Position numbers and translations under genes: made by a program | Part shown: positions 1 to 11,839 of the stretch, one piece after another | Position numbering within the stretch: the first letter of the stretch is position 1 | Layout of the letters: each line of letters starts with the position of its first letter | The notes under the pieces: model-generated | What the model was told of the DNA's origin: nothing | The model's input: only the letters and a program-made list of their open reading frames with translations | Databases searched by the model: none | From: Cirrosporium novae-zelandiae | Taxonomy: Eukaryota | Length of the DNA stretch: 64,000 nucleotides | NCBI GenBank assembly: GCA_026023565.1 | Contig: JAPETS010000030.1 | Coordinates: forward strand, 248,001 to 312,000 | Reading direction: 5' to 3'

Positions 1-3000
1 TTTTTTATATCGACAGGAGTTGAGATTTGGTCGTCCTTAACGAGAGTAATGTATCCAATATGAAACTCTGTTACCCATATATTTGCATTTTTGTGGAGCT
101 TGGATACGCTTTGTATTAGCTTCAATCGATACTATGGATTATATGTGTAACATACGTGATTTTTCATGAAATTTGGGCAGTCAGAGTGCCTTCTCAAGAA
201 TCCAGACATCGATAGCCATTCTTCTCCCACGTTCCTATAAGAAGCCTTGCATAAAGTGACGGCGACACTTTGTGTACATCCTTCTACAAAGCTAGAGCGA
301 TATATTAGCCATATTACTAAAAAATCAAATTTAAATGAACCGGGGTACTTGCCATAACTGTTTTTTACTTGTGCTTATTTCCCGTTGCCGAGTAATTCGT
401 CGCTTTAGCAATTCAAAGTTAGAAGTGAGAAGACAGTCGGTCTGGCTCGAAGTTCTCGATTTTTTTTGACCAATATCAACTACGAAAGCTTCATTGAAAC
501 GGTTCATTTCAACTTGGTCTGGCCTGCTGTCGCGTTGATTAAAAACAGGATTATCCCATAGCTCCTGTTCGAAATCCTCATCTTCGATGTTCTCAGGCGT
601 CTTGAGAGGAAAATTTGGAAGTCCGAAAATTTGATACGGGCGATAATTCTCAACAAAATTTTTTAAATCTATCGAGCTAGTTAGCATCGTCTTCCGACCT
701 GTCAACTTCCCTTTGCCATTCGGAACTTCTTCTTGGGCCATCCGGGTATTAGGCTCTGAGGGCCGAGCAGAAGTGAAAGGCCGTGCTTGTTTAGACGCAT
801 CTGATTCCCAAGAGACCTCTAACGTAGTTTTAAAATGGTCCCTAGGGATGATTAGTCTTGAGCTAGTCTTAGCGACATAATCGAGCAGACTTACTTCGTA
901 TCTTCATGGAATTTCGCATATCCAAGATAGTGTATGGCGATTAAGGAAGATTGGGTATAGTACCATAAAATCTCGTCACTGCATAGCGTAATTGGATCGA
1001 ACCTAAATAGAATTATCCCATCCTTAAAGACAGTTTTTTTTCAATACGGAGATCGCTCTGGCTCTCACCTCACTAGCATCCTTCCGCGAGGAGCTGATGA
1101 TATTCCCGAATCTGCCATAGCCAGAGCCAATGCATATCGCACTGGGCTAAGCAAGTGATTTTCTTGCTTTGCCACTTCCTCTAAGCTCTGTACCTTTAAA
1201 ATTTTAGTCCATGCTGCATTTCGTGTAGAGTCTTGGCAAAAAAAGTCCTGGAAGATTGGATGAAGAGGGAATTCTAGTTGTGACTTGAACGCAAAGCGGT
1301 CTGTGGAGGCGGAGCGATAGAGAGTGTAGTCCTGTCCTAGATCACCGACGCGTTCTGCCTTGAACGTTTTCAGAATTCTTTCACAGTATCTATCTGGACA
1401 CAGTAGGGTATAGTCCCTGTTCTCTTTGAGCTGCTTGAGGATCTGGGACTGATGCTGTAGGTTTTCTCTTTCTAAAGCATGACTGATAAACTTGTCGAGT
1501 GATTTAACCACCCACCACATCAAAACATTGTCCAAAAATTGATATTTTGGAAACTCAGGAACTTCGTTTTCCCTGTACTAGAGATCACCCCAATCAACAG
1601 ATATTGAGCAACTTCTAAACTTTAGAAGACCGGTCTGCGGTTCGAGAGATCTAACAAGATCTGGATACCAGTCCTTAAGGCGGTTACTTAACTTATGCAT
1701 GATAAAATTATCCTCCCCACGAAAGACACCATGGAAATCAAATAGATTGATCAACAAACACCAGTAACGCCGCGCCACCTGTGGGAAGTCAACACGGCTA
1801 TCACTCTCAACAGATCCATCGACATTCCAATCCCATCCTTCAAAATTAGGCGCCAAATCAAAACACCAGTTGAGATATCCGATGCAGACGTCGAAGATTC
1901 TTTTTTTAAGTTTTGTATCGTACTTTGTTAGGTTCTCCAATCTTTCATACATGGTCAGAAGATATTCGATGTTCCGACTATTCCTGTTATGAGCTAATGA
2001 ATGTGGATAAAGAACCTGTATCACATACTAGCCCATATCAATGGAAACTAAGCCGTCTCCATCGGTGGGAGCAATAACGTGATTTCTTCCATGGCCCCCG
2101 GAAATGGGTACACTGAAAACATCTAGAATGCGGTATATATGTCGGATATTGATCCTCTCTACAAATCCTATCTTCTCATGAACAGATGATTTCATCTCGC
2201 GGAGAGCTATGAATTGTTGTTAGTCAATGTATATCTGCGTAGAAATTTGAAACATCGAGTCGCTTCGTGGGAATTCCTATGAATTTGAAATACTAACTTT
2301 TGCGAATAGTGCCTACAGCCTATTTATCATGTCAGAAGAGTAGGAGTAATAGTCATACGTAAGGATCATGGGGACTATACACTAGCATGTGATGATCTCG
2401 GAATATCTTTGGCGTTTTCGGTTTGCATAGGATTCTCGAGATTTTCATCGTTGTCATTATCAGAGGATCCTGCATAGTCCTCCTTCCGTGTTTCTGCCAT
2501 GTCATAAAGCATAATCATAGTTCGTTCTCCACTTTCTGGAAGGCATAGATCAAAATTGAGCTCATCTTCCAAAACATTGTTGCAAGACTCGGAATCATTA
2601 TCGCCTTCTGATGTTTCTATGAGTAGACTTTCGAGCTCAATCGGGCAAGTCAATTTCTCATCTAAAGGTGTAACCTCTAACCGCACAATAGTTAATTCGC
2701 CATTTACATCCCATAAAGTGCGCTCAATCGAAGTAAACTTTCCGTTGCACTTCTTGAAGTTTAGAGAGCCCAATTTATAGAATCCATTTCTTCCTATACC
2801 TTCAGGATTGATTCTCGTTCCAGCTCGTAGGTCTAGAGTGATCGGAATGGATGCCTTCTGCTGGCGGCGGTTCCGAAAGACATGCTCTTGGACGACAACA
2901 CCCTCAGTGATGAAGGATTGCACCTCAACGTCAATTTCAACATCTTCAATTTCTAGTGATCTTGTTAGCCATGCAATAACGTATGTAGGAAGAAATCTAT

Positions 3001-3461
3001 ACATACTGTGGCAGTATGAGATTCGTGGCCATCTTCTCTCCACGAATCGAGTTGTTTGACTATCTGTATGAAATGACGTTCGGTCTCTTAATCGAAGACC
3101 AAACCCTGGAACTGCTCCATCACATACTCTAATCAAATTGGACCCTTGCCGATATACAGGGGAAGCAGAAATGGGTTCAATAGACACAAATTTATGCTTC
3201 TTCGTGTATATGTTGATCATTGCAAATTCCCCATGCTCTGTAAGGAACGCCGTGTGGCCTTCACCGTCGCCGAAAGACACAAGGGACTTTTGATCACCAG
3301 TAGGTTCAACTGTAATATATGTTGGACGCTCTGATATGGCTCAATTGTTAGACTGATTTTGACTGTAGTCTCCTTATTATTCGTCTACCTTTAGCATTCG
3401 TTGAGTCTTCTCCTGTTAGAGAGAGCTCATTATCATCCTTCTGGTCCTCTTTCTCATCCAT
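1..3461 (-). pseudogene. Large multi-exon gene with in-frame stops; resembles the fungal family of long proteins ending in a CorA-like Mg2+-transporter region; runs off the left edge
   Basis: ORFs 2375-3280, 1578-2024, 1065-1535 and 331-741 lie on one strand with intron signals between them. 1578-2024 and 1065-1535 share a frame separated only by TAG (1578-1580), and another in-frame TAG is at 2028-2030. Motifs SFGDGEGHTA, RFVERRWPR, KKQL..FLRRH and NIWVTEFHIG resemble that family (recalled). Confidence 0.55.
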
Positions 3462-3923
3462 GGCGATATAGGCGAATGTTTATGAGCGATGTGAGTATCT
3501 TAGTCGTAGCTAAAGAAACATAACAGTGTCTGAACGTTCCATAGATAAATGACCCCACCCCGAACGCTTCGTCTAGACAGAAAATAGTCAAGCCTCTTTA
3601 ATAAGTGCATTAGCCAACGATGTGTCGATTAGCAAGTTGTTGCTCAGCAAGACTGAGTAGCTGAATGTGACCCTTGAGCAACCTGCTGCAGCATCATCAA
3701 ATAGCAACGAGTTAGTCGACATGGGTACGGAGCCTTGAGATTAGCGATTCAGCTCTTTCAGTAGGCCAGCCTTATAAGCCTGCTAGAAAAGGTAACTTTC
3801 AATTTGTTGGTTATTGAACTGCGTAGTTTCAGGTGTTGTATCACCGCATCGATCAGTCGCATCACGAACCTTTCCAAAAGCATGGTTATATCACAACATG
3901 CGTACTTGGAGGTTGTAACATGC

Positions 3924-4168
3924 CACGCGCCTGACAGAAAAAGCGAGACACAAATTGTTCCACATCAGTTCTCTTCATAGAATAGTGTAATTGATACATG
4001 AGAATTCAACCACAACACAATGATAAATAATTATAATTGACGACGGCAAATTAATGAACTATTATTAAATTAATATACATCGTTGTTATAATCGTTTTAA
4101 AAAATTGCGAAGTATTAAATATCTAAGGAATCAAATTTGTGAGTGTGGCTTTTTTTGTCAGGCGCGTG
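3924..4168. mobile_element. MITE-like element (245 bp, terminal inverted repeats)
   Basis: Left end CACGCGCCTGACAGAAAAAGC; right end reverse-complements to CACGCGCCTGACAAAAAAAGC (20/21 match). The interior is AT-rich and non-coding. No clear target-site duplication. Confidence 0.55.
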
Positions 4169-4519
4169 CAAGACCCCCAACCAATATGATTTCAAAACTC
4201 GACATAATTAGAATTTTATTTCAAGCTCAAGATACCTTTTTTTATACTTTTATATAGGACGTTGTTATAAGGGTGCTTGGGGAAATGCATATAGAGTGCA
4301 TTATATATTACCTTGAGGATAGCTACTGAGGGGGCTACCCCACAGGGAGGTGGATATCTCGGTGGGCTCAAATGGGGCTCAAATGGGGCTATATGAGATG
4401 GCTGGAACGAGAGGAATGTGGAACCTTGTGAGGTCGCTGAGTTATGAGTATTTGAGGTTAAGCTTGAGTAGAGGATTTCTCAGCTGGCTTGAATCGTAAC
4501 CGAACCCTTTCCCTACCCC

Positions 4520-5265
4520 CTAACTATGCATCTAGACAGTCTCAAGTATTAGCAAACATTACTCTCAACCTCTTTGCTGAACATGAAAACAAAGGACGGG
4601 GACTCTTACGGCTTCAGCAAAAGCAACCCATTCCTCTACACCTTTTATATATGGATCGTGTTCCTCAGGTACAGCGTCATGACCCCATATCATTATTTCA
4701 TTGAATGTTGTAGCCTCAGAAAGAACTTTAGTAGGCTCTAACTTCTTTTCATTATCGTCTTCCTCGTCATCATTCATTAGCTCATTATCATCATTATCTC
4801 CAGTGGCGATTGAGTCTGATGGAAGTCGTTGGTCTTCTGGGAGAGTAGTGGTAGTAGCGTGAAGTACATGGCCTCCATGGTTATGTTAGCATCGAGGAGC
4901 AACTAATACCCGAATACCATGTCTGGATTCAAGCGAATCACTGAAGTAGTCACCTGTATAGCCTTCCTCTACTTTCACCTTTCGTCCCAATAACTTCCTC
5001 CCTCGAAAATATACTACTTGTGTTCCTTCTATTATTCCAGAGAAATTAGTATTTTCTTCACAAGGCCTCTTGTTTTTTTTCTTCCTATTATCATTTTTGA
5101 GTAATATCTCTTACTTTCATCTAGTTTAGGATTCCAATAGCGAGTGGAAATGGGAACAGGTCCATTGTGGTTGATTTTACAGGGTAGGATGTTGGGTAGA
5201 ATGGTAGCGGATTTGGAAGTATCATCCGTAGAAGTGGAGCTAGTTGGGCGGCGAATAGCTAACAT
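4520..5265 (-). CDS. RNH203: Ribonuclease H2 subunit C (spliced, 4 exons)
   Basis: LPCKINHNGP..RYW, then YFRGRKLLG, then FNEIMIWGH..DPY..GVEEW..FAEA|MHS*, joined by GT-AG introns. Confidence 0.85.
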
Positions 5266-5856
5266 AGTTGATGGTAGTGAAAAGAGTCAATTGATGGTCG
5301 GTGGAAGGGTGAATGATCATTTAGAGGCTGGAATTAATTGCAACGCGAATGAAGACGCGTTGATTCAAAATAGCTACCGTAATTTACTGTAATTAATGTC
5401 TTATCGATAAGAGAAAACGCCAACAGCCAGGAAGTTTGGAAACCTTGACTTGATCAACTAAAGAGAGCAAGGATACAGAGATAGTATATCTATCAATTTG
5501 AGTGCAGTTAATTCCTTTGGCTTCTTGGTGCTCCAGATTTATCTATTTACAGGCTTGCAATGAAAACAACCGTCGTAGTCACTACACGGAATTTCGGAGC
5601 GGAGGATGCATGGAACAAAGCCTTAGTGCATCTCCGCAAGGGGAAATAACTGAAGGGGGGTTGCAAAAGTGGTGACTTCATATACCTGACTCCAAAAGTT
5701 CATTCCTATCTCCATGTGGAGGAAAGAGAAAATACAATAGTACCCTACGGTACTATATTTAATATTCTGTCTCCTTTCACCTTAACATTCCATTCCAAAT
5801 ACTGACCATCTTTCAACTTAGCCTTAGCTCCTTCATCTACGAACAGATTTAGCCAA

Positions 5857-7238
5857 ATGATCATCCCCAGCAAAATTTTCACAGTTGCGAGCATTGTTTC
5901 TAGCTTTTCTTAGGATGTCAACGACGCTGCCATAAACTGGGCCATTGAGGCAGCACAGATCCTTGTCCTACGTACCTTTAGACGCATCGCAAAGGGGACA
6001 TTGGTTATCAACCAACCTGATCGCCACAAAACAGAAGTTTTCGGTTTAGGCGGCGCACCCGAGTCATCTCTGCGAGTCACTGACGAACGGTTTTGGATCA
6101 GACTGATGGTGTTCGCCGATTTAGGCATTACAGAAAGCTATATGTTGGGCGAAATCGCCTGTACGGACCTGACTGCCTTGTTCCAAATATTCATACAGAA
6201 TCGAGATGCGTTGTCCAACGGAGTCACCTACGCATCTGCTGTCGTCTCGACTGTTAAAAGCATAGCAAGGAAAACAAATACAATTCCTATCTCAAAAATG
6301 AATGCTGTCGCGCATTTCTTTCCAAGGATCCGACATATTCCTGTCCCATCTGGACTTCCACGACAACAACGGGGTCTCACTTGGAGGGATTAGATCACGC
6401 TCAAATCCGCAAACTCCAAAGAATTATTGAAAATGCCAAGATCAAATCCACCGACCATGTTTTAGAAATAGGAACTGGTCGGGGGTCCTTTGCACAAACG
6501 GCAGTAATGCAGACAGGTTGCAAGGTGACAATGCTGACTCTGAATGAGGAGCAAAAGGCGCATGTGGAGACCATGATTGGTGATACATTTTATTCAAGTC
6601 GTATTAAGGTCATGTTATGTGATTACCGCGATTTACCCATCCCTCCCCCGAATGAGCTGTTTGATAAGGTTGTTAGCATCGAGATGCTAGAAGCTGTTGG
6701 ACGAGAACACTTACGCACCTATTTTGGTCGCGTCAACTGTCTGCTGAAGCCTGATGGTGGCATTGCGGTCTTTCAGTGTATCACTTTTCCGGAGAGCCGA
6801 TATGAAGAATACTCCAATGGTCACAATTTAATACAAGAGTATATATTTCTAGGGGGGCATCTTCCATCGGTAACACAACTAGTCAACTCAATCGAGCAAG
6901 GGAGTAAAGGTAAATTGATAATTGATTCAATAGAGAATATTGGGGGGTACTATCCGAAAGCACTAAAGATTTGGAATGACAATTTCTAAAAATATTTTAA
7001 CAGCCATATTCGAATTGCCCTAACGGAAAAGCATGACGATATGACGGAAGAAGAGATCCAAGTATTTAGGAGGAAGTTTGAGGTTAGTGACATACTTGGT
7101 ACACGTTCACTCGACTAATCTCAGTACTATTTCAAATACTTTTCAGCAGGCTTCGAAGAGAGGGTCCTGGGTGACCACATAGTCACAGTCGCAAGGGAGG
7201 GTGCAGCTGAGATGATGCAGGGATTCCCTAAGTCCTAG
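5857..7238 (+). pseudogene. Cyclopropane-fatty-acyl-phospholipid synthase-like SAM methyltransferase, disrupted
   Basis: Motifs LEIGTG.G, CDYR, DKVVSIEMLEAVG and YIF.GGHLP. Lesions: in-frame TAG 5911-5913, frameshifting deletion near 6315 (HY..SN..F motif missing) and TAA 6987-6989, after which homology continues (FRRKFE|YYFKY..AGF). Confidence 0.85.
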
Positions 7239-7669
7239 ATGAAAGGTAAGATGATCGTCTCGGCACAAAAGGTAGTAGTGAGGATATTAGACAACAATAT
7301 TGTTAATTTAAGCTAGTGCTTATCCGCATCGCTAGCGAATTGATCGTGTTATTGTGTATAGAGAATCTGAGATATCTATACTATCCAGGGCTGTGGACTC
7401 TCCTTTCCTTTCCTTTTTCCGAGGGATAGAGGTAGACTTATTACCAAGAATGGGATGAGTAAATTTCTCTCTTCGATCCGCCTCTTGCTAAGGTCTTCTG
7501 AATGTAAATATGGAGCTGTGGATATTCTGTCAAACTGTGCTGACTGCCCGCTAGAGCTGTAATACTAATGGCCTACGACTGGAAGCAAAGGCTGATACCG
7601 ACCGAACGTAGGAATATTTCGATAGCTGTCTCAACCCTCAAAACGATGATTTCCAGTAGTGCTATCCCC

Positions 7670-8578
7670 TCATTTCTTGCCCTTCTTTTTCTTTCTTCGG
7701 ACTTGGTTTTGTGCAGATTTTCGAACCGGGAATCTTTTGGCATGTTCTTTCTCAAACCCGGCTTTGTCTTGTCGGTAGAGTAACATTGTCACTCTGGCAT
7801 CCTCCACACTTGAATGACTTCCGGTTTGTATATTAACTCCTAGAACCTCCTTCGCAAGTTTCTTTAAACTAGGAGTTCTTCCGCCTGCCAGTTTCCTATA
7901 TGCGTGATGTTTACTTGTATCTCGAATATCCCTCTTTGAGTGACTAAGGAACAAGGCATCCAAGTCATGTCTTATAGCATGTCCAACCAGCACGTTTCCT
8001 TCGAGTATGGCAGCAACATCGCGCTGGACCTGTTCCAGTGAACGAGCGATGGTCATGTGCTTCGGCATGATTCCACTAATTGGTGTTCGCCAGTCCGTAA
8101 CCTTCTCCTTCACCTTGACGTACGAATCGTAGACTTGGTCGCCATTGAAATTCACGATGCTGACTCGAGCTAAGGCTGATTCGTCATCCGGGACACGTCC
8201 AACCCCAACCATTTCGCAATCCATCGCAACATATTTTCCTATTTCAGCACTGCAATAAAATTTTAGCTAGAGTAAGATAACAACAAAAGAGTATGATCTT
8301 GTTACTGACGTTGGTGATAAGCCTTGGTTGACCTTGTCTGCATTAGAAACTAAATTGTTTCGGTGCTTCCCATCTTGTTGTTCGGTCGAAAGATAGTTAC
8401 CCATCTTTTCCGATTGCGTTATAAGACCCTTTGGACGCTTAGTAGAATGTTGGTAACTATCTGAGGACTTGCGCTTGCGTTTCTGACCGGAAGGTTTCTG
8501 TTCTGTATCTCTCAAGGCTGCTCGTAATTTTTTCCAATTACTTGAAAGAGACTTGGGTTCCATATCCGAAAGACTCAT
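7670..8578 (-). CDS. REX4: RNA exonuclease 4 (DEDDh family), one intron ~8251-8308
   Basis: LSSNWKKL N-terminus; [22 protein letters not shown] motifs. Confidence 0.93.
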
Positions 8579-8940
8579 GAGATATTACCTTTCCATAGGA
8601 TAATGGTGGGGCTTTGACTATGTCGTGTCGTTCACAGCTCGAGTACAAGCGCGGCAAGAAATTCAAAAGTGGATTGTGCAAACTGAGCAAACCGATAAAG
8701 TCCAGTTTTCAACTTTATCGAGATTCATAATTTATCAATAATCCAAAATGCTGAATATATGATTCCAACATAATTATAGTACCTAGGAACTATATGAACG
8801 GAGAAAAAATAATAGTCGCTATCCATATCCACATTGTTTTTATTTTATTGCTTGTTTTGCATACTTAGCAAGCTATCAATACAAATATAAGGTATCTTCT
8901 TCATAAAAAAACTCCACCATAATACCTCTATATCACACCG

Positions 8941-11370
8941 TTATCGCACGCCCTTTCTCTTTTTCTTTTTCTGTTTTCTCTCCCCATTGTCGACATCCAT
9001 CACCTCTCCATCATCATGATGCCGTCGTTTTCGCCCTTCGTCTAACAATTTCTTCATTCCTTCTGTTTTCATAAATCTAGGATTGGTAGGATCAATTGCA
9101 TATTCTGGTCGCTCAAACAACCTATTGAACCTCGGATCCTTAACGTCCATTGGAGTCTCTGTTGCTACACCAGCGTCATTTTGCTTACTTGTTTTGGATC
9201 TGTGCTGCTTGAACTTGGAGGATTTGGACTTTTCTTTCTCTACCCGAACGAGATCACGGATGTTAAAGTCGGGATGAGAGGCCGATGAGTTGGGGTCCGT
9301 AGGATCAAGAAGGAGGGATAGTTCGGCAGCTGAAGCTTCCTTACCATCATCAGGGGCGTCTTTATCGGACCCATTTCCCTTGCTCCTATGTTTCCTCTGC
9401 TTCTTCTTGTCTTTCATCTTTTGAGACTCATCCGGGGCCTCGAAGAAGGGGTCGTCAAACCCAAGATCCTCTTTCTCTTCCTCCGTGTCTTCTTCAGAAT
9501 TTTCGTGTCCACTTTTCTTCACTTTCATCCTTTCCTTTCTCGCTTTCTTCCTTTCTTTCTCTTTGCGCATATATCTTTCGATCGCAGTTTCCTCCGCCTC
9601 TTCAGGTGTGTTTTCAAATACGGATGATTTCTTTTCGGGTTTCATAGAGAGACCCGATGTAAACGTCACCTGCATATTTCCAACAGGTACAACGGACTTA
9701 GACTTCTTAGATGGATGTGTCGACTCGGCAGGAAGACCTAGGAGGGCACGAAGGTGTGCTCGTTTGTCTAGTTTATTTTGCTTCTTGAGTTCTTGCTCCT
9801 CAGGATTTTGCTTCGGTGTCAGGGTTGAAAAGACGGCATTTTCGTTTTCGGTGGTCGTAGTTGTTGCAATAGTTGCATCAACAACCTCCGCAGTCACTTC
9901 TTGGTCGTCCTCTTCAGAGGCAGAGTCATCACTAGCCAAAAAAGCGTGATAGTCATTATCATCTACCTCGCCTCTGAATGCTCTTGCTTGGACTTCCTTT
10001 CTCTCTTTGTCATCCACATCCCATGTTAGCTTGACCTTACTATGCTGCAATGCCTCTGTAACGAAGTCACTAGGCTTATATTTGTCTGGAATCTTTTCAC
10101 ATTCATCACGCGGTTTGTCCTCCGAGAAGTCGGTGCCATCAGGTATAAATCTTAAATCGAAGAAATTCGCAGTAGTGAGGTACTCGGTTCCATCAACAGC
10201 ATCATATACCACTTTTGCGGCAGTAGAGTCAGAGAATGTGAGAACGGCGTAGAAATAACGGAGCCGGTCAAGTTGATACTGTCTAAGCTTTTTCTGATTG
10301 AGCTCTTCTTCTTCTGAGGTTGATGGCTGCAAGGGGGATTTAGTTTTGGTGTCTAGGTCGGCATCTAAGGCAGATTTGTTTTCATCCTCGGCTTTGGGGT
10401 TTTCATCTTTTAGATTATTTGATAGCGCAAATATCTCTTTAGGAGGGCCTTCGACTTCCTCTTTAGCCATTCGCTCCCTCCCAAATTCACTTGGATATAT
10501 AGAGACTTTCAGAACCTTCCCGCTTCCGGGGGTAAAGCTGGAGAAGACAGTCATCAAATCTTCAGCGCGGATGTTATCCCAATCCAAATTGACCACTGCA
10601 ATTCTTGAAGTAACCTCCCCTAACGGAATTCCATCCAGTTCACCTCTTTGTTCTGGTAACCCAAACTCATCTTTTTCCTCTTCCTCTTCCTCGTCCTCCT
10701 CTCCGTCAGACGAGCTCTCTTCGGAAGAAGATGAATCAGAGAATCCACCATCGCGAGCAGGATCGCGTTTTCTTTCCATTCTTGCTAACTCTTTTTGTAC
10801 TTCGTCATCATCGTCTATGTCTTCTGGGTTCTCAACCTCAGGCAAACTCTCATTGTCTTCCTCGACGTCCTTCTCTTCCTCATCCTCGGGGTCAATTCTG
10901 TAAAATCGTTCCAGCTGCTTCCGTCCAGCATCCTTAGGTAGCTTTCGCCCATATCTATCGACTTTTGCTTTCCGTGCAAATTCTTCATTTTTGAGTATGT
11001 GCGCAAACCGCTTGTCAAGGTGAACGTGAGTTTGCCGTTTACTAGGGATACGAAATCGGGGGTCAGTTTCGATGTTTGTGAAACGAGAATCAGCTATTTG
11101 ATGTTAGCTATATTCATTGGGAAGTAAAACCAGAAGCGCAGTGTCAGTGACTAGATCCGGTGAAGGAGAATTTCCCGATATATTACACTAGTGTGTATGT
11201 CCCATCCGCAATTTAAACTGCAGGAACATGCTCTTAATGCACCACGAGCACAGTCTTTGACATCCACCTTGATCAAAGGTTTGTTATAGGATCTGCATAC
11301 TTATTGAACTTGATTTTGAGGACGAAACATGCGAGCCTTTCGGCTGCCGTTGCCTGGGTTGTTTAGGCAT
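8941..11370 (-). CDS. ESF1: Pre-rRNA processing protein Esf1; intron 11094-11300
   Basis: ITDSRF..IETDPRF, VDRYGR, RIAVVNLDWDNI, RLRYFYAV and C-terminal NUC153-like DPRF..AIDPTNPRF. Confidence 0.93.
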
Positions 11371-11839
11371 GGGCAGTTGATTATAATCGGATTAACAACT
11401 AGTGAACTAGCAGGTCATGTTGCACCTGTAGAAGACTATAGTTCCTCAGAAAGTGTTGGCTAAATATTTTTGTTCTGATTCGCCTAGTGAGAAAATAAAT
11501 TCGAAAATACAGGTGGCGCTAAAGCTTATCTTATCGTACTGTCAGCCCTACAACTAGACAACTGCGCTTGAAGGAGCTCCTACAATAAAAACTCAGATTA
11601 CTTTGGCACCCTTAATAGTGAGTCAATGGAAGGAAATATGGAGAGGTTGCGTGTATCAGATGGCTTGATAGGTTATTATATTGGGCCTAGGGCTCTATGA
11701 TTAATATTTATACATCGCTGAAGTAGTAGCTGGCCAAGTAAAACAGCTTGAATTATCCTTCTTTCCTAACACCATCCCGTATTTTTTGTATAGTCTCCAG
11801 ACGCCTCGCTAAACCTTAAAAAATTCAAAACATTCCAAC

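Noticed and set aside
4364..4389. Short tandem repeat (GGGCTCAAATG, ~2.5 copies)
   Set aside because: Too short; ordinary slippage, with no spacers or CRISPR-like structure.
9083..10937. Several plus-strand ORFs of 64-201 aa
   Set aside because: Antisense shadows of the E/K/D-rich ESF1 coding sequence.
10815..11018. Apparent frameshift in ESF1 suggested by the ORF track
   Set aside because: Manual translation shows the ESF1 frame open from the intron acceptor at 11093; the listed ORF is an alternate frame.
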